DNA from: a virus
Lineage: Duplodnaviria; Caudoviricetes
Virus record (IMG/VR): IMGVR_UViG_3300020042_002188
Location: 1 to 36,225 of that record
Direction: 5' to 3' (one strand)
Length of the DNA stretch: 36,225 nucleotides
The notes under the pieces were generated by a model. It did no database searches. It was not told the origin of the DNA and saw only the letters and a program-made list of their open reading frames with translations. A program made the position numbers and the translations under genes. Positions 1-9,689 of the stretch are shown one piece after another. Each line of letters begins with the position of its first letter. The first letter of the stretch is position 1.

Positions 1-2
1 TT

Positions 3-164
3 GCTGGTCATGATTCTGCTGTTGCAACTGCACAGCAAATCACCAAAACAGAAACCTATCGTGATCCCGATAGCTTTGCTGACATCGTGCGTGGTATGCA
101 CCTTTATGGTCGTAAGATTTTGCGTCCCGAAGGTATTGTCACTGCTAAATACAACGCCGCTTAA
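3..164 (+). CDS. Major capsid protein, C-terminal fragment (5' truncated)
   Basis: Frame 3 reads AGHDSAVATAQQITKTETYRDPDSFADIVRGMHLYGRKILRPEGIVTAKYNAA*, a typical podovirus coat C-terminus. Stop TAA is followed by the AGGAG RBS of the next gene. Not in the supplied ORF track. Confidence 0.85.
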   Translation, partial: AGHDSAVATAQQITKTETYRDPDSFADIVRGMHLYGRKILRPEGIVTAKYNAA

Positions 165-175
165 GGAGAACATAA

Positions 176-670
176 ATGGCAACTATTACCACTCTTTCTA
201 ACGCCGTTGGCGCAGCTACACAACCTGTTCGTAGCATTCGTAATGTGCCTTATGTGGTGGAAAACACCATCAGTTTGGCTGCTGCTGTAACAGCAAAGGG
301 TTCTGCTCTTGCTGCTGCTGACGTAATTGAAGCTCTGCAAATTCCCGCACAATCTATTGTGTTGGCTGCTGGCTTTGAAATTACTTCTGCTGTTACTGGT
401 AGCTGCACTGTGAGCTTGGGCGTTACTGGTGTAACAGCCGCTGCTTATGTGTCTGCTTTTGGCGTGACTGGTTCTCTGTCTGTGGGTGATTATGCAACAC
501 CAGCCACTGCCGGATACCCCATCGTAACTAAAGCTGCTGACACTTTGGACTTGTTGCTTGTCACTGAAACCACCACACTGAGCGCCGGTTCTATCCGTGT
601 GTTCGCTGTGATTGTTGACGCACAAGACAGGGTTGGCCCTGCTTCTGTAGATCGTGAACAGTTGGCTTAA
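176..670 (+). CDS. Putative minor capsid / decoration protein
   Basis: 164 aa, Ala/Thr/Val-rich, strong RBS AAGGAG, directly after the capsid gene and before a terminator. Confidence 0.6.
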   Translation: MATITTLSNAVGAATQPVRSIRNVPYVVENTISLAAAVTAKGSALAAADVIEALQIPAQSIVLAAGFEITSAVTGSCTVSLGVTGVTAAAYVSAFGVTGSLSVGDYATPATAGYPIVTKAADTLDLLLVTETTTLSAGSIRVFAVIVDAQDRVGPASVDREQLA

Positions 671-684
671 TAGCTAACTAAACC

Positions 685-722
685 AAGGGGCAGCTTTCAA
701 AAAAGGTTGCCCCTTTTTTTGT
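685..722 (+). terminator. Rho-independent terminator after the capsid genes
   Basis: Stem GGGGCAGCTTT / AAGGTTGCCCC (two G-U pairs) followed by a run of 7 T. Confidence 0.85.
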
Positions 723-742
723 TTATAACGAAAGACTTCATA

Positions 743-1186
743 ATGGCTATTACATCTGCTCTTTGCACAAGTTTTAAAAAAGAACTTCTAGAAAGAAAAC
801 ATGATTTTAATGTTACTTCTGGTCACACTTTTAAAATTGCTTTATACACTTCTTCGGCAAGTCTTGACGCTGCAACCACGGCTTACACAACTACTAACGA
901 AGTGGTAGGTACAGGATACACTGCTGGTGGAGCAACCCTTACAAACATTGATCCAACATCTAGCGGCACTACAGCCTTTGTAGACTTTGCTGACGCAACT
1001 TTTGCTAATGCTACTATCACTGCTGCTGGCGCTCTTATCTATAACACCACCACTGATGGTGGATCGGCTACTACCAATGCTGTAGCTGTCATTTCTTTTG
1101 GTGGAGATAAGACTTCTACCAGTGGCGATTTTGTCGTTCAATTCCCCGCAGCAGACGCAAGCAACGCAATTATTAGAATTGCTTAA
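743..1186 (+). CDS. Virion structural protein (MAITSALCTSFK... type)
   Basis: ATG at 743 preferred over the TTG at 707, which lies inside the terminator. Thr/Ala/Gly-rich protein in the structural block. Confidence 0.65.
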   Translation: MAITSALCTSFKKELLERKHDFNVTSGHTFKIALYTSSASLDAATTAYTTTNEVVGTGYTAGGATLTNIDPTSSGTTAFVDFADATFANATITAAGALIYNTTTDGGSATTNAVAVISFGGDKTSTSGDFVVQFPAADASNAIIRIA

Positions 1187-1197
1187 GGAGTAGCTGT

Positions 1198-1836
1198 ATG
1201 GCTACAACTGTACGCTCTGGTGCTGTATACAGCATAGGTATCTATGGTGTAAATAGCTATGGTCAAAACGGTATTGCTTACACTCCAGATGGCGTATCTG
1301 CTACAGCAGTAAGAGGCAATGTTTCTATTGTTGCTAAAGCAACCACCTCAGTTACTGGAGTAGTTGGAACAGGAAATATAGGAACTGTTTCAGTTGTTGG
1401 TAAAGCTACGATAATACCTAGTGGTGTTTTTGGAACAGGCTTTATTGGTACAGTCGAAGCAAAAAGTGTTAATATAATACCTGCTACTGGTTTACAAGCA
1501 ACGGGTAGTGTAGGTAGTGTTGTTGTTGCAGCTAAAGCTAATACCAGTGTTTCTGGTTTTGGAGCGACAGCAACTTTAGGGATTGTAAACACAATAGCAA
1601 AAAGTGTTTCTGCACCAACTGGTGTTGTTGCTACAGGAAGTGTCGGTAGTGTTTCTATATCTGAGAATGCACGGCCTACCTTTAATGGTGTTTCTGCAAC
1701 AGGCAGTGTTGGTAGTGTTACAATTACCACTGTTGTTTTCAATTATAATGCTGTTTCAGCCTTATACGATAGAAATAGAGCAGTGTATGTGCAAGCTAAA
1801 TCCACTGCTAAAGAACGTACAGTGATGGTGATGTAG
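1198..1836 (+). CDS. Virion structural protein with seven 22-aa repeats (fibre-like)
   Basis: RBS AAGGAG; repeat consensus GVxATGSVGSVsIxAKAxxxxT with exact 22-aa period. Confidence 0.65.
   Translation: MATTVRSGAVYSIGIYGVNSYGQNGIAYTPDGVSATAVRGNVSIVAKATTSVTGVVGTGNIGTVSVVGKATIIPSGVFGTGFIGTVEAKSVNIIPATGLQATGSVGSVVVAAKANTSVSGFGATATLGIVNTIAKSVSAPTGVVATGSVGSVSISENARPTFNGVSATGSVGSVTITTVVFNYNAVSALYDRNRAVYVQAKSTAKERTVMVM
1291..1731 (+). repeat. Degenerate 66-bp (22-aa) tandem repeat, about 7 units
   Basis: Repeat-initial Gly codons fall at 1291, 1357, 1423, 1489, 1555, 1621 and 1687. Confidence 0.8.
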
Positions 1837-1863
1837 AAGTGTATCAGTGGCTTAAGGAATAAT

Positions 1864-2181
1864 ATGTCATTTAAATGGCCCAATAAAGACCCAGATGAAA
1901 CTCTAGACTACAGTGTTGACTGGTCTAGATGGCTTAATGGGGCTACCATTTCATCTGTAATTTGGTATGTGGATAATAGTTCTGGAACTAAGACAGCGTT
2001 GACAGCAGGTAACACTGTTAATGGTTTGCAAAATATTGCACAGACTGTTAGTGATGGAGTGGCTACAATTAATTTAGGCTCAGGCACAAATAACATTGAA
2101 TATAAAATCTATTGTAATATGTCCGACAGTAGCGGGAGTACAGCTGAGCGTGTTATTAGATTGAGAATCAAGGAACAATAA
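1864..2181 (+). CDS. Small virion protein (WPNKDPDETLDYSVDW motif)
   Basis: RBS AAGGA; 105-aa beta-rich protein with a KDPxExLDYxxDW motif familiar from phage structural modules. Confidence 0.6.
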   Translation: MSFKWPNKDPDETLDYSVDWSRWLNGATISSVIWYVDNSSGTKTALTAGNTVNGLQNIAQTVSDGVATINLGSGTNNIEYKIYCNMSDSSGSTAERVIRLRIKEQ

Positions 2182-2903
2182 TGGCATATAATTTTCTTGA
2201 TCTAGTTAATGAAGTGAATAGAAGACTCAATGAAGTTGAGCTTACTTCTAGTAATTTTTCCTCTGCTGTTGGCTTCTATGCACATAATAAAGATGCAGTG
2301 AATGCTGCCATTAGAGACATCAATCATATCCACCATGAGTGGCCTTTCAATCATGCGTTAGCAGAAGAGACATTGACAGCAGGAATTATACGTTATGCTT
2401 TTCCTACTGATGCTAACACCATAGACTTTGATACTTTTCGTATTGAAGAAAGTACAACATTTAATAATAAAACACAAAAGCTAACTATTCTTGCATACGA
2501 AGACTATTTGTCTAAATACATTGATCAAGAATATACAGCAGACACAAGCAAGAGAGATGTTCCTTCCTTTGTCTTTCACGCTCCAAGCTTAGAGTTTGGT
2601 CTGGTTCCTGCACCTAAAGAGGCATATACTTTATATTATGAATATTATAGGATACCTGTAGACTTATCTTCATATTCAGATGTTCCTTCTATTCCTGAAA
2701 GATTTAGACATGTAATTATTGATGGTGCAATGCACTATGCTTATTTGTTTAGAAGTAATGAACAATCATCTAGTATGGCTAAAGCTAAGTTTGAAGAAGG
2801 TGTCAAACGCATGCGTATTATGTTAGTTAACAGATATACATACATGAGATCAGGAATGCTTATTCCATCTAAAGCTACAGCTTTTGGTGATAGGGTTAAG
2901 TAA
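2181..2903 (+). CDS. Tail tubular protein A / head-tail adaptor (T7 gp11-like)
   Basis: N-terminal FLDLVNEVNRRLNE helix, WPF motif, C-terminal IPERFRHVIIDGA; lies just before the nozzle gene; TAATG overlaps on both sides. Confidence 0.75.
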   Translation: MAYNFLDLVNEVNRRLNEVELTSSNFSSAVGFYAHNKDAVNAAIRDINHIHHEWPFNHALAEETLTAGIIRYAFPTDANTIDFDTFRIEESTTFNNKTQKLTILAYEDYLSKYIDQEYTADTSKRDVPSFVFHAPSLEFGLVPAPKEAYTLYYEYYRIPVDLSSYSDVPSIPERFRHVIIDGAMHYAYLFRSNEQSSSMAKAKFEEGVKRMRIMLVNRYTYMRSGMLIPSKATAFGDRVK

Positions 2904-4873
2904 TGGCTGACGCTTGGCAAACATATGCTTTTGAGTTTAAAGGTGGATTAATTTCTAATCTATCTCCTTTACAGCATGGGATTAATGCTCCCGGCAGTGC
3001 TCGTCTATTAAAAAACTTTGAACCTTCTGTTGATGGTGGATATAAAAGAATAGAAGGCTTTACTAAATATGACACTGCACAAGTTCCCCCATACGGATTA
3101 CCTAAAGTACATGGTAGTGGTCAAACAGGAACAACACTTATTATTGGAAATATTTTTATAACTCCGGTAGCGAATGATACATTTACTGTAGCAGGGGTTG
3201 CAGGAACGTATTCTATCACCAATGTTTCTTATGATGATACTAATAAAAGAGCAACTCTCACTTTAAGCACATCATTAGCTAGTAGTCCTGCTGACTTAGC
3301 AGCCGTTACTTTTGGATCTAAAACGGGTTTAATTAATGGAGTTGCTGCATGGGAAAGTAATGTAATAGCTCTAAGAAATAATTCTTTATACAAATCAACT
3401 GGTAGTGGCTGGACAAAAATAAATGTTCCTTTTTATGGAACAGTATTAGTTAATGGTGCTAGTCAAACTGGAAGTAGCCTTGTTATAGACGGTTTACTAG
3501 ATAATCCAAAAGTAGGCGATACATTCACTATCAGCGGTGTGGAGAAGGTATACACAGTGCTTACTACAGCAACTGTTACAGCAGGTGGAGCCACTCTTTC
3601 TATTAGCCCTGCTTTAGCTAGTAGCCCCGCTGACAATGCTGCTTTAACTTGGTTAACTTCTAATTATAGTGGTAGTGAAAAACTACGCACTTCTAAGTAT
3701 AGAATAAGCACCACTAGTAAAATAGTTGGTGTTGACGGAGTAAACTATCCTTTCATTTATGATGGTAGTACATACACAGTATTAGATGCTACAACAGATT
3801 TATTAGGCGTTTCCTTTGCTGCTTTTCATAAAAATCATTTAGTGTTTGCAAAAGGAGATAAGATTATTTTTTCTTCTCCTTACACCGATACAGATTTTAA
3901 TGCCGCCAACGGCTCAGGAATCATTTCTATTGGTGGAGCAATCACAGGCATTATTGTATTCCGTGAAGCACTTATTATTTTTACAGAAAAAAGTATAAGT
4001 CAAATTACTGGAAACACTTCGGCTGATTTTGTTTTACAATCTATTACAAGAAATGTTGGGTGTGTAGCTAGCGATACTATACAAGAAATAGGTGGCGATA
4101 TTCTGTTCTTAGGCCCAGAAGGTTTAAGACTATTGGGAGCAACAGATAGAACTGGTGACTTTAACTTAGGAGTTGTTTCTAAAGTGATACAACAAGAAGC
4201 AACTGATTTAATTTCGTCTAGTTCTTCTTTCTCTAGTGTTGTTATAAGACAAAAATCTCAATATAGAATATTTGGATATAACAGTTCAATCACACCAGCT
4301 AGTGCTAAAGGTATTTTAGGCACACAAATGACTGCTGATAATACGGCTAATATTGCATGGGCAGAAACAACTGGTATAAAATCTTACGTAGCAGATAGTG
4401 ATTATAAAAATCAAATTGAAACAATTGTTTTTGCTCATGCAGACGGATATGTTTACCGAATGGAAAGTGGAAGTAGTTTTGACGGGGCTAATATTATAGC
4501 TAGTTTTGCCACTCCATATGTTCCAATTAATGACCCCAGAGTTAGAAAGACTTTTTATAAACTTTTCTTGTATACTGATCTTTTGGGAAGCATTACAATC
4601 TCAGTTAATTTAAAATTGGATTTTGATGATAAAGGTAGTATTCAACCAGAGACAATTACTCTTTCTAATAATACAGGAAATGCTGTTTTTTATGGTAAAA
4701 GTACAGCAAAATATGGTACAACTGTGTATGGAGAGAAGCTTAAAAGATTGTTTGAAACGCAAGTGATAGGCTCTGCTTTTTCTGTGTCTCTTCAATTTGT
4801 TTCAAACAGCACGAATTCTGCTTTTTCGTTGGATGCTGCTACATTAGAATACTCTACGCATGATAGAAGATAA
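2903..4873 (+). CDS. Tail tubular protein B / nozzle (T7 gp12 / P22 gp10-like)
   Basis: N-terminal FKGGL...PGSA..LKNFEP..DGGYKRIEGF; beta-propeller-like core (ITGIIVFREALIIF, VGCVASDTIQEIGGDILFL); follows the adaptor. Confidence 0.75.
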   Translation: MADAWQTYAFEFKGGLISNLSPLQHGINAPGSARLLKNFEPSVDGGYKRIEGFTKYDTAQVPPYGLPKVHGSGQTGTTLIIGNIFITPVANDTFTVAGVAGTYSITNVSYDDTNKRATLTLSTSLASSPADLAAVTFGSKTGLINGVAAWESNVIALRNNSLYKSTGSGWTKINVPFYGTVLVNGASQTGSSLVIDGLLDNPKVGDTFTISGVEKVYTVLTTATVTAGGATLSISPALASSPADNAALTWLTSNYSGSEKLRTSKYRISTTSKIVGVDGVNYPFIYDGSTYTVLDATTDLLGVSFAAFHKNHLVFAKGDKIIFSSPYTDTDFNAANGSGIISIGGAITGIIVFREALIIFTEKSISQITGNTSADFVLQSITRNVGCVASDTIQEIGGDILFLGPEGLRLLGATDRTGDFNLGVVSKVIQQEATDLISSSSSFSSVVIRQKSQYRIFGYNSSITPASAKGILGTQMTADNTANIAWAETTGIKSYVADSDYKNQIETIVFAHADGYVYRMESGSSFDGANIIASFATPYVPINDPRVRKTFYKLFLYTDLLGSITISVNLKLDFDDKGSIQPETITLSNNTGNAVFYGKSTAKYGTTVYGEKLKRLFETQVIGSAFSVSLQFVSNSTNSAFSLDAATLEYSTHDRR

Positions 4874-4882
4874 GGAAATATT

Positions 4883-6280
4883 ATGACTGGTTATGTTCGT
4901 ACTGATACATCTAATAATATTGCTGATGGTAATGTTATTAATGCCGCTGATTTTGATCTAGAATTCGATGCTGTTGTAGCAGGATTTAGTGCGTCCACTG
5001 GTCATAAACATGACGGCACTGCTGCTGAGGGCGCTCCTATTACTAAAGTGGGGCCAACACAAGATGTGGTTGTGTCTGGCAGCAGCATCACTCCAAAGAC
5101 AACCAATGTTGTTGATGTTGGTTCTTCTGCTCTTAAATTTAAAGATGTTTATTTAACTGGTACAGTTAACGCTGCTTCATTTACAGCTTCTCAGGCTATA
5201 TTTACTGATGCTTCTAAAAATCTGGTAAGCAACGCCATTACAGGTACTGGCAATGTAGTGATGTCAACTAGTCCAACACTAGTTACACCTGCTTTAGGAA
5301 CCCCCTCTTCAGCCACTCTTACCAACGCTACAGGACTTCCTGTTTCAACAGGCATCAGTGGATTGGGAACAGGTGTAGCCACCCTCTTAGCCACACCTTC
5401 TTCAGCTAACTTAGCTGCTGCTGTAACAGATGAAACAGGTAGTGGTTCACTAGTGTTTGCTACTAGTCCAACACTTGTTACTCCAGCTTTAGGCACACCA
5501 TCATCAGTCACTTTAACTAATGCAACTGGTCTTCCTATATCTACTGGTGTCAGTGGTTTAGGAACAGGCGTTGCTACATTTTTAGCTACTCCTTCTTCTT
5601 CAAATTTACTTAGTGCTGTTACAGATGAAACAGGCACTGGGTCTTTGGTGTTTGCTACTAGCCCAACACTGGTTACACCTATATTGGGTACTCCAACAAG
5701 CGCAACACTGACAAACGCAACTGGCTTGCCACTGTCTACTGGTGTGACAGGAACTCTGCCTATTGCTAATGGTGGTACAGGTCAAACAACTTTGGCGGCG
5801 GCTAATATTGCTGTTGTCAACGTAGCTAACACCTTTACAGGCACACAGACGTTTAGCGGGACATCATCTGCCCAAGCGATTGTTCTGAATGATGTGGCAG
5901 AGGTAGCAACAGTCTCAGCTACAGCGGCTACAGGCACGATTGCTTACGACATCACTACTCAGTCTGTTCTGTATTACACAAGCAACGCCTCTGCTAACTG
6001 GACAGTTAACTTCAGAGCCTCCAGCGGTACATCATTAGATACTTTGATGAGTACAGGTCAATCAATGACTGTGGCTTTCTTGGTGACGCAAGGCTCTACT
6101 GCTTACTACAACTCTGCTGTGCAAATTGATGGCACTACGTCAGGTGTGACTACACGCTGGTTGGGTGGTGCGCCTACTGCTGGTAATGCAAGCGGCATCG
6201 ACAGTTATCGCTACCTAATCATCAAGACAGGCAGTGCAACCTTTACTGTCTTGGCAAGCAACACACAATTTAAGGCTTAA
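4883..6280 (+). CDS. Tail fibre protein (anchor plus repeat shaft)
   Basis: N-terminal IADGNVINAADFDLEF...GHKHDGT anchor, 65-aa tandem repeats, LPIANGGTG fibre motif. Confidence 0.8.
   Translation: MTGYVRTDTSNNIADGNVINAADFDLEFDAVVAGFSASTGHKHDGTAAEGAPITKVGPTQDVVVSGSSITPKTTNVVDVGSSALKFKDVYLTGTVNAASFTASQAIFTDASKNLVSNAITGTGNVVMSTSPTLVTPALGTPSSATLTNATGLPVSTGISGLGTGVATLLATPSSANLAAAVTDETGSGSLVFATSPTLVTPALGTPSSVTLTNATGLPISTGVSGLGTGVATFLATPSSSNLLSAVTDETGTGSLVFATSPTLVTPILGTPTSATLTNATGLPLSTGVTGTLPIANGGTGQTTLAAANIAVVNVANTFTGTQTFSGTSSAQAIVLNDVAEVATVSATAATGTIAYDITTQSVLYYTSNASANWTVNFRASSGTSLDTLMSTGQSMTVAFLVTQGSTAYYNSAVQIDGTTSGVTTRWLGGAPTAGNASGIDSYRYLIIKTGSATFTVLASNTQFKA
5267..5745 (+). repeat. 195-bp (65-aa) tandem repeat, about 2.5 copies
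   Basis: ACTAG(T/C)CCAACACT starts at 5267, 5462 and 5657; unit TSPTLVTPALGTPSSATLTNATGLP...VTDETGSGSLVFA. Confidence 0.9.
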
Positions 6281-6283
6281 ACC

Positions 6284-8965
6284 ATGCCATTACAAGCAAC
6301 TTCCGGTGCAGCAAGTTATGACGGGTTTGGTGGTGGTGCTCCTGCTGGGCCGCCAACTTACATTGAGGATGTGTTCTCAACGTATTTGTATACAGGTACA
6401 GGCGCAACACGAAGCATCAACAATGGAATTGCACTAGTTGCAAATTACGGTGGGAGTGTTTATTTTGATGGCGCAGGAGATTATTTAAGTCTTGCAGATA
6501 ATGCGGCTTTCAGTGTTGGTACTGGGCCAGTAACAATTGAGGCATTTATTTACATTACAGCAGAAGGTACTCCGGCAGGTTATCAAGGAATAATGTCGGG
6601 TCGCACTGGAACTGGTGATTATAGCGGGTTGGGTCTTGTAATTGACAATGGTAAATTAGTTTTTACTATTATGGGCAACACACTTCGCTTAGAAGACACA
6701 GCCGCAGCTCCATTGAATCAATGGATTCATGTTGTTGGTGTAAGAAATAGCTCAAACAATACGGCTTTATTTGTTAATGGCATAAGAAGGGTTTATAACG
6801 CAAGTAATACAGCTAATGGCACAACAACAGCAATGCAGCTTGGGAAATTTTTTGTAGAACAAGACGCTTATTATTTTAATGGATATATCTCAAATGCAAG
6901 ACTCGTAAAAGGATCAGCGGTTTACGACCCAACACAATCAACACTGACTGTGCCTACAGCGCCACTTACAGCAGTTTCTGGCACATCATTACTTACTGGA
7001 CAAGCCGCTACTCCTTTAATAGATAATTCTGCTAACGCTTTTACTATTACAGTTGTAAATGCTATTGCTGACACAAGCTATGGCCCATTTGTTGATACAG
7101 CTAATAGCAAGGGTGGATTGGTTTGGATTAAAAATAGAGATACGGCTGGGTATTCCAATCAATTAGTTGATACGGTTAGAGGTGCTCCAAATGCACTAGT
7201 TTCAAATCTAACTGACCCCCAAACCTCAGTGACATACGGATTATCAGCATTTAATTCAAATGGATTTACTCTGGGTACGATTGTTGCAAATGATATTGAA
7301 TACAACGGCTTGAATAAAAAATTTGTCTCATGGACATTCCGAGAGCAGCCTAAGTTTTTTGATATTGTAAGTTTCACTGGGAATGGTGTTAATGGGAGAT
7401 TGCTTTCTCACAACCTTGGATCAGCGCCGGGGTGTGTAATTATTAAATCCACCTCCTTGAGTGGTGCATTTGATGGAGCTTGGTATACCTATCACAGAGG
7501 TGTTACCAATCAATTTGTAAATGGTTTGGCCCTTAATTCGACAGGTAGCGCTGGTAGCACATTTTTGTCGCCTGTTACAGCAACCTCCGCAACAACTGTA
7601 ACCCTTGCAAATCCAGCCACATCATTAGTCAACCAAAGCGGCGAAACTTACATTGCCTACCTATTCGCCCATGACGCAGGAGGCTTTGGCCTGACGGGTA
7701 CGGACAATGTGATTAGTTGTGGGTCGTTTACTACTGATGGAACTGGTGCGGCTGGTGATATTACCTTGGGATATGAATCTCAATGGGTAATGTTTAAGCG
7801 GTCTGATGGCGTTGGAAATTGGCAAATTGTTGACACTATGAGAGGTTCTTCTCGCACTTCTTATAACTACATATCACCGACTGTTTCATCGTCAGAAAGT
7901 TCATCAACAAGTGCAGGGCAGGGCATATTTCCAACAGCAACAGGATTTTATGTGGGTAATAATTTCCCCGGAGCTTCTCAAACATACATCTACATAGCCA
8001 TACGCCGTGGCCCGATGAAAGTGCCTACGTTGGGTACGAGTGTGTTTGACTTGGAAGCTTATACGGAGATTTTGTCCACACAGACATTGACAACAGGTTG
8101 GCCTGTTGATTTACAAATGGAGGCTAGTAGAAGTACGACGACTGGTTTTTACTGGTCGGATAGACTGAGAGGTTCAAACTCAACAAACGGCGCTTTCTTG
8201 ACTTCTTTTGATAATAGCGCTGAACAAACCTTTGGTGTTACGCCGTTACTCTTTGATAACAGCACAGGATTAACTATCACCAGTGGCGGTGGGTTTAATA
8301 ACTCTTCGGGAAGAACTGACATTCTTTATATGTTCAGACGAGCCCCATCGTTTTTTGATGAGGTTTGCTATGACGGAAACTCAACATCAGGAAGAACAGT
8401 TACGCACAACTTAGGGGCTACTCCACAATTGATGATTGTAAAAAGTAGGTCAGCCGCAATTAATCCTGCTTGGATTGTGTATGCAGAACCAGCAGGCAAC
8501 ACAAAATTTTCACCACTAGAAGCCGCAGAGAGTTTTCAGACTTACCTTAATCCTTGGAATAATACAAGCCCAACATCTTCTAATTTTTCTCTTTCAAATA
8601 GTATTTCTGTAAATAGAACTGGTGACACATACGTTGCTTATTTATTTACAACCTGCGCTGGTGTTTCCAAAGTCGGAGGCTACACAGGTACAGCCACAAC
8701 ACTTTCGGTTGATTGCGGATTTACTTCTGGAGCAAGGTTTGTTCTTATTAAACGAATAGATGTTAATGCCGCTTGGTATGTGTGGGACACAGCTAGAGGA
8801 ATTATTGCTGGTAATGACCCCTACCTACTGCTCAACAGCATTGCCGCTGAAGTGACATCTACAGACTACATTGACACCTACAGTGCAGGGTTTGAAATCA
8901 GCAGCACAGCGCCAGCAGCCATCAATGCTAGTGGCGGCACTTACATCTTTTTGGCAATAGCATAA
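6284..8965 (+). CDS. Tail fibre / receptor-binding protein with a concanavalin A-like (LamG) domain and duplicated beta modules
   Basis: SVYFDGAGDYL...LNQWIHVVGVR...LFVNG...FNGYISNARLVKG (LamG-like); two copies of FFD.V...GN...R...HNLG..P...IVKS. Confidence 0.75.
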   Translation: MPLQATSGAASYDGFGGGAPAGPPTYIEDVFSTYLYTGTGATRSINNGIALVANYGGSVYFDGAGDYLSLADNAAFSVGTGPVTIEAFIYITAEGTPAGYQGIMSGRTGTGDYSGLGLVIDNGKLVFTIMGNTLRLEDTAAAPLNQWIHVVGVRNSSNNTALFVNGIRRVYNASNTANGTTTAMQLGKFFVEQDAYYFNGYISNARLVKGSAVYDPTQSTLTVPTAPLTAVSGTSLLTGQAATPLIDNSANAFTITVVNAIADTSYGPFVDTANSKGGLVWIKNRDTAGYSNQLVDTVRGAPNALVSNLTDPQTSVTYGLSAFNSNGFTLGTIVANDIEYNGLNKKFVSWTFREQPKFFDIVSFTGNGVNGRLLSHNLGSAPGCVIIKSTSLSGAFDGAWYTYHRGVTNQFVNGLALNSTGSAGSTFLSPVTATSATTVTLANPATSLVNQSGETYIAYLFAHDAGGFGLTGTDNVISCGSFTTDGTGAAGDITLGYESQWVMFKRSDGVGNWQIVDTMRGSSRTSYNYISPTVSSSESSSTSAGQGIFPTATGFYVGNNFPGASQTYIYIAIRRGPMKVPTLGTSVFDLEAYTEILSTQTLTTGWPVDLQMEASRSTTTGFYWSDRLRGSNSTNGAFLTSFDNSAEQTFGVTPLLFDNSTGLTITSGGGFNNSSGRTDILYMFRRAPSFFDEVCYDGNSTSGRTVTHNLGATPQLMIVKSRSAAINPAWIVYAEPAGNTKFSPLEAAESFQTYLNPWNNTSPTSSNFSLSNSISVNRTGDTYVAYLFTTCAGVSKVGGYTGTATTLSVDCGFTSGARFVLIKRIDVNAAWYVWDTARGIIAGNDPYLLLNSIAAEVTSTDYIDTYSAGFEISSTAPAAINASGGTYIFLAIA

Positions 8966-8974
8966 GGAAAAATC

Positions 8975-9475
8975 ATGCAAATCAGAACTAATGACGGTCA
9001 AGTAATGTACGAGGCAGAGTTTCGTACACACATCAAAGCCAATGGTGGCCCATCATGGGACACAACAACAACTGAAGTCTTAACGGCTTTGGGCGCTGAT
9101 GTAGTCTTTGAAGGCCCACAAGCCACAGGCGGCACTGTCTATCAATACTCTCAAGCTGCTGGTGTTGAGCAGATTGATGGCAAGTGGTACACCAAACATG
9201 TGCTTGGCCCAATCTTTACAGATCGTGCTGCTACTGAGACAGAAGCTGCCCAAACTGCCGCTGAACAAGAAGCCGCTTACAAAGCTGCCAAAGACGCAGA
9301 GAAGGCTACAGCAGTACGCAACTCACGTACAGAAAAGCTCAAAGACTGTGACTGGACACAACTTGCCGACAGCACTGTTGATAAGGCAGCATGGGCAACA
9401 TACCGTACTGCCTTGCGTAACGTGCCAACGCAAGCTGGTTTCCCTTGGACTATTGAGTGGCCTGTTGCACCATAA
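8975..9475 (+). CDS. Tail fibre assembly chaperone-like protein
   Basis: C-terminal VRNSRTEKLKDCDWTQL.D...WATYRTALRNVPTQAGFP..IEWP motif; follows the fibre gene. Confidence 0.8.
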   Translation: MQIRTNDGQVMYEAEFRTHIKANGGPSWDTTTTEVLTALGADVVFEGPQATGGTVYQYSQAAGVEQIDGKWYTKHVLGPIFTDRAATETEAAQTAAEQEAAYKAAKDAEKATAVRNSRTEKLKDCDWTQLADSTVDKAAWATYRTALRNVPTQAGFPWTIEWPVAP

Positions 9476-9487
9476 ACGGAGTAACTA

Positions 9488-9688
9488 ATGCTTGAAGATG
9501 AAACAGATAAAAAACTAGCTGTGCATGAAGCAGTGTGTGCTGAGAGATACGGACAGATATGTAAGTCTCTGGCTGATGGCTCTTTACGTATGTCTAAGAT
9601 TGAATATCTTCTTTATGCAGTGATGGTGGCTGTATTAATAGGACCGGGTGCTGCTGCTGAGTTCTTTAAAAAAATAGTGGGAATGTGA
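9488..9688 (+). CDS. Small membrane protein with coiled coil (lysis region)
   Basis: RBS GGAG; HEAVCAERY motif, then one hydrophobic helix (YLLYAVMVAVLIGPG). Confidence 0.65.
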   Translation: MLEDETDKKLAVHEAVCAERYGQICKSLADGSLRMSKIEYLLYAVMVAVLIGPGAAAEFFKKIVGM

Positions 9689-9689
9689 A

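Noticed and set aside
1-201. 66-aa ORF in frame 1 from the ORF track
   Set aside because: Wrong frame. Frame 3 encodes a recognisable capsid C-terminus ending at 164, followed by the RBS of the next gene.
6284-8965. Diversity-generating retroelement target or invertible tail-fibre cassette
   Set aside because: No reverse transcriptase, no near-identical TR/VR pair and no inverted fibre segments are visible; the internal repeats are diverged at protein level.
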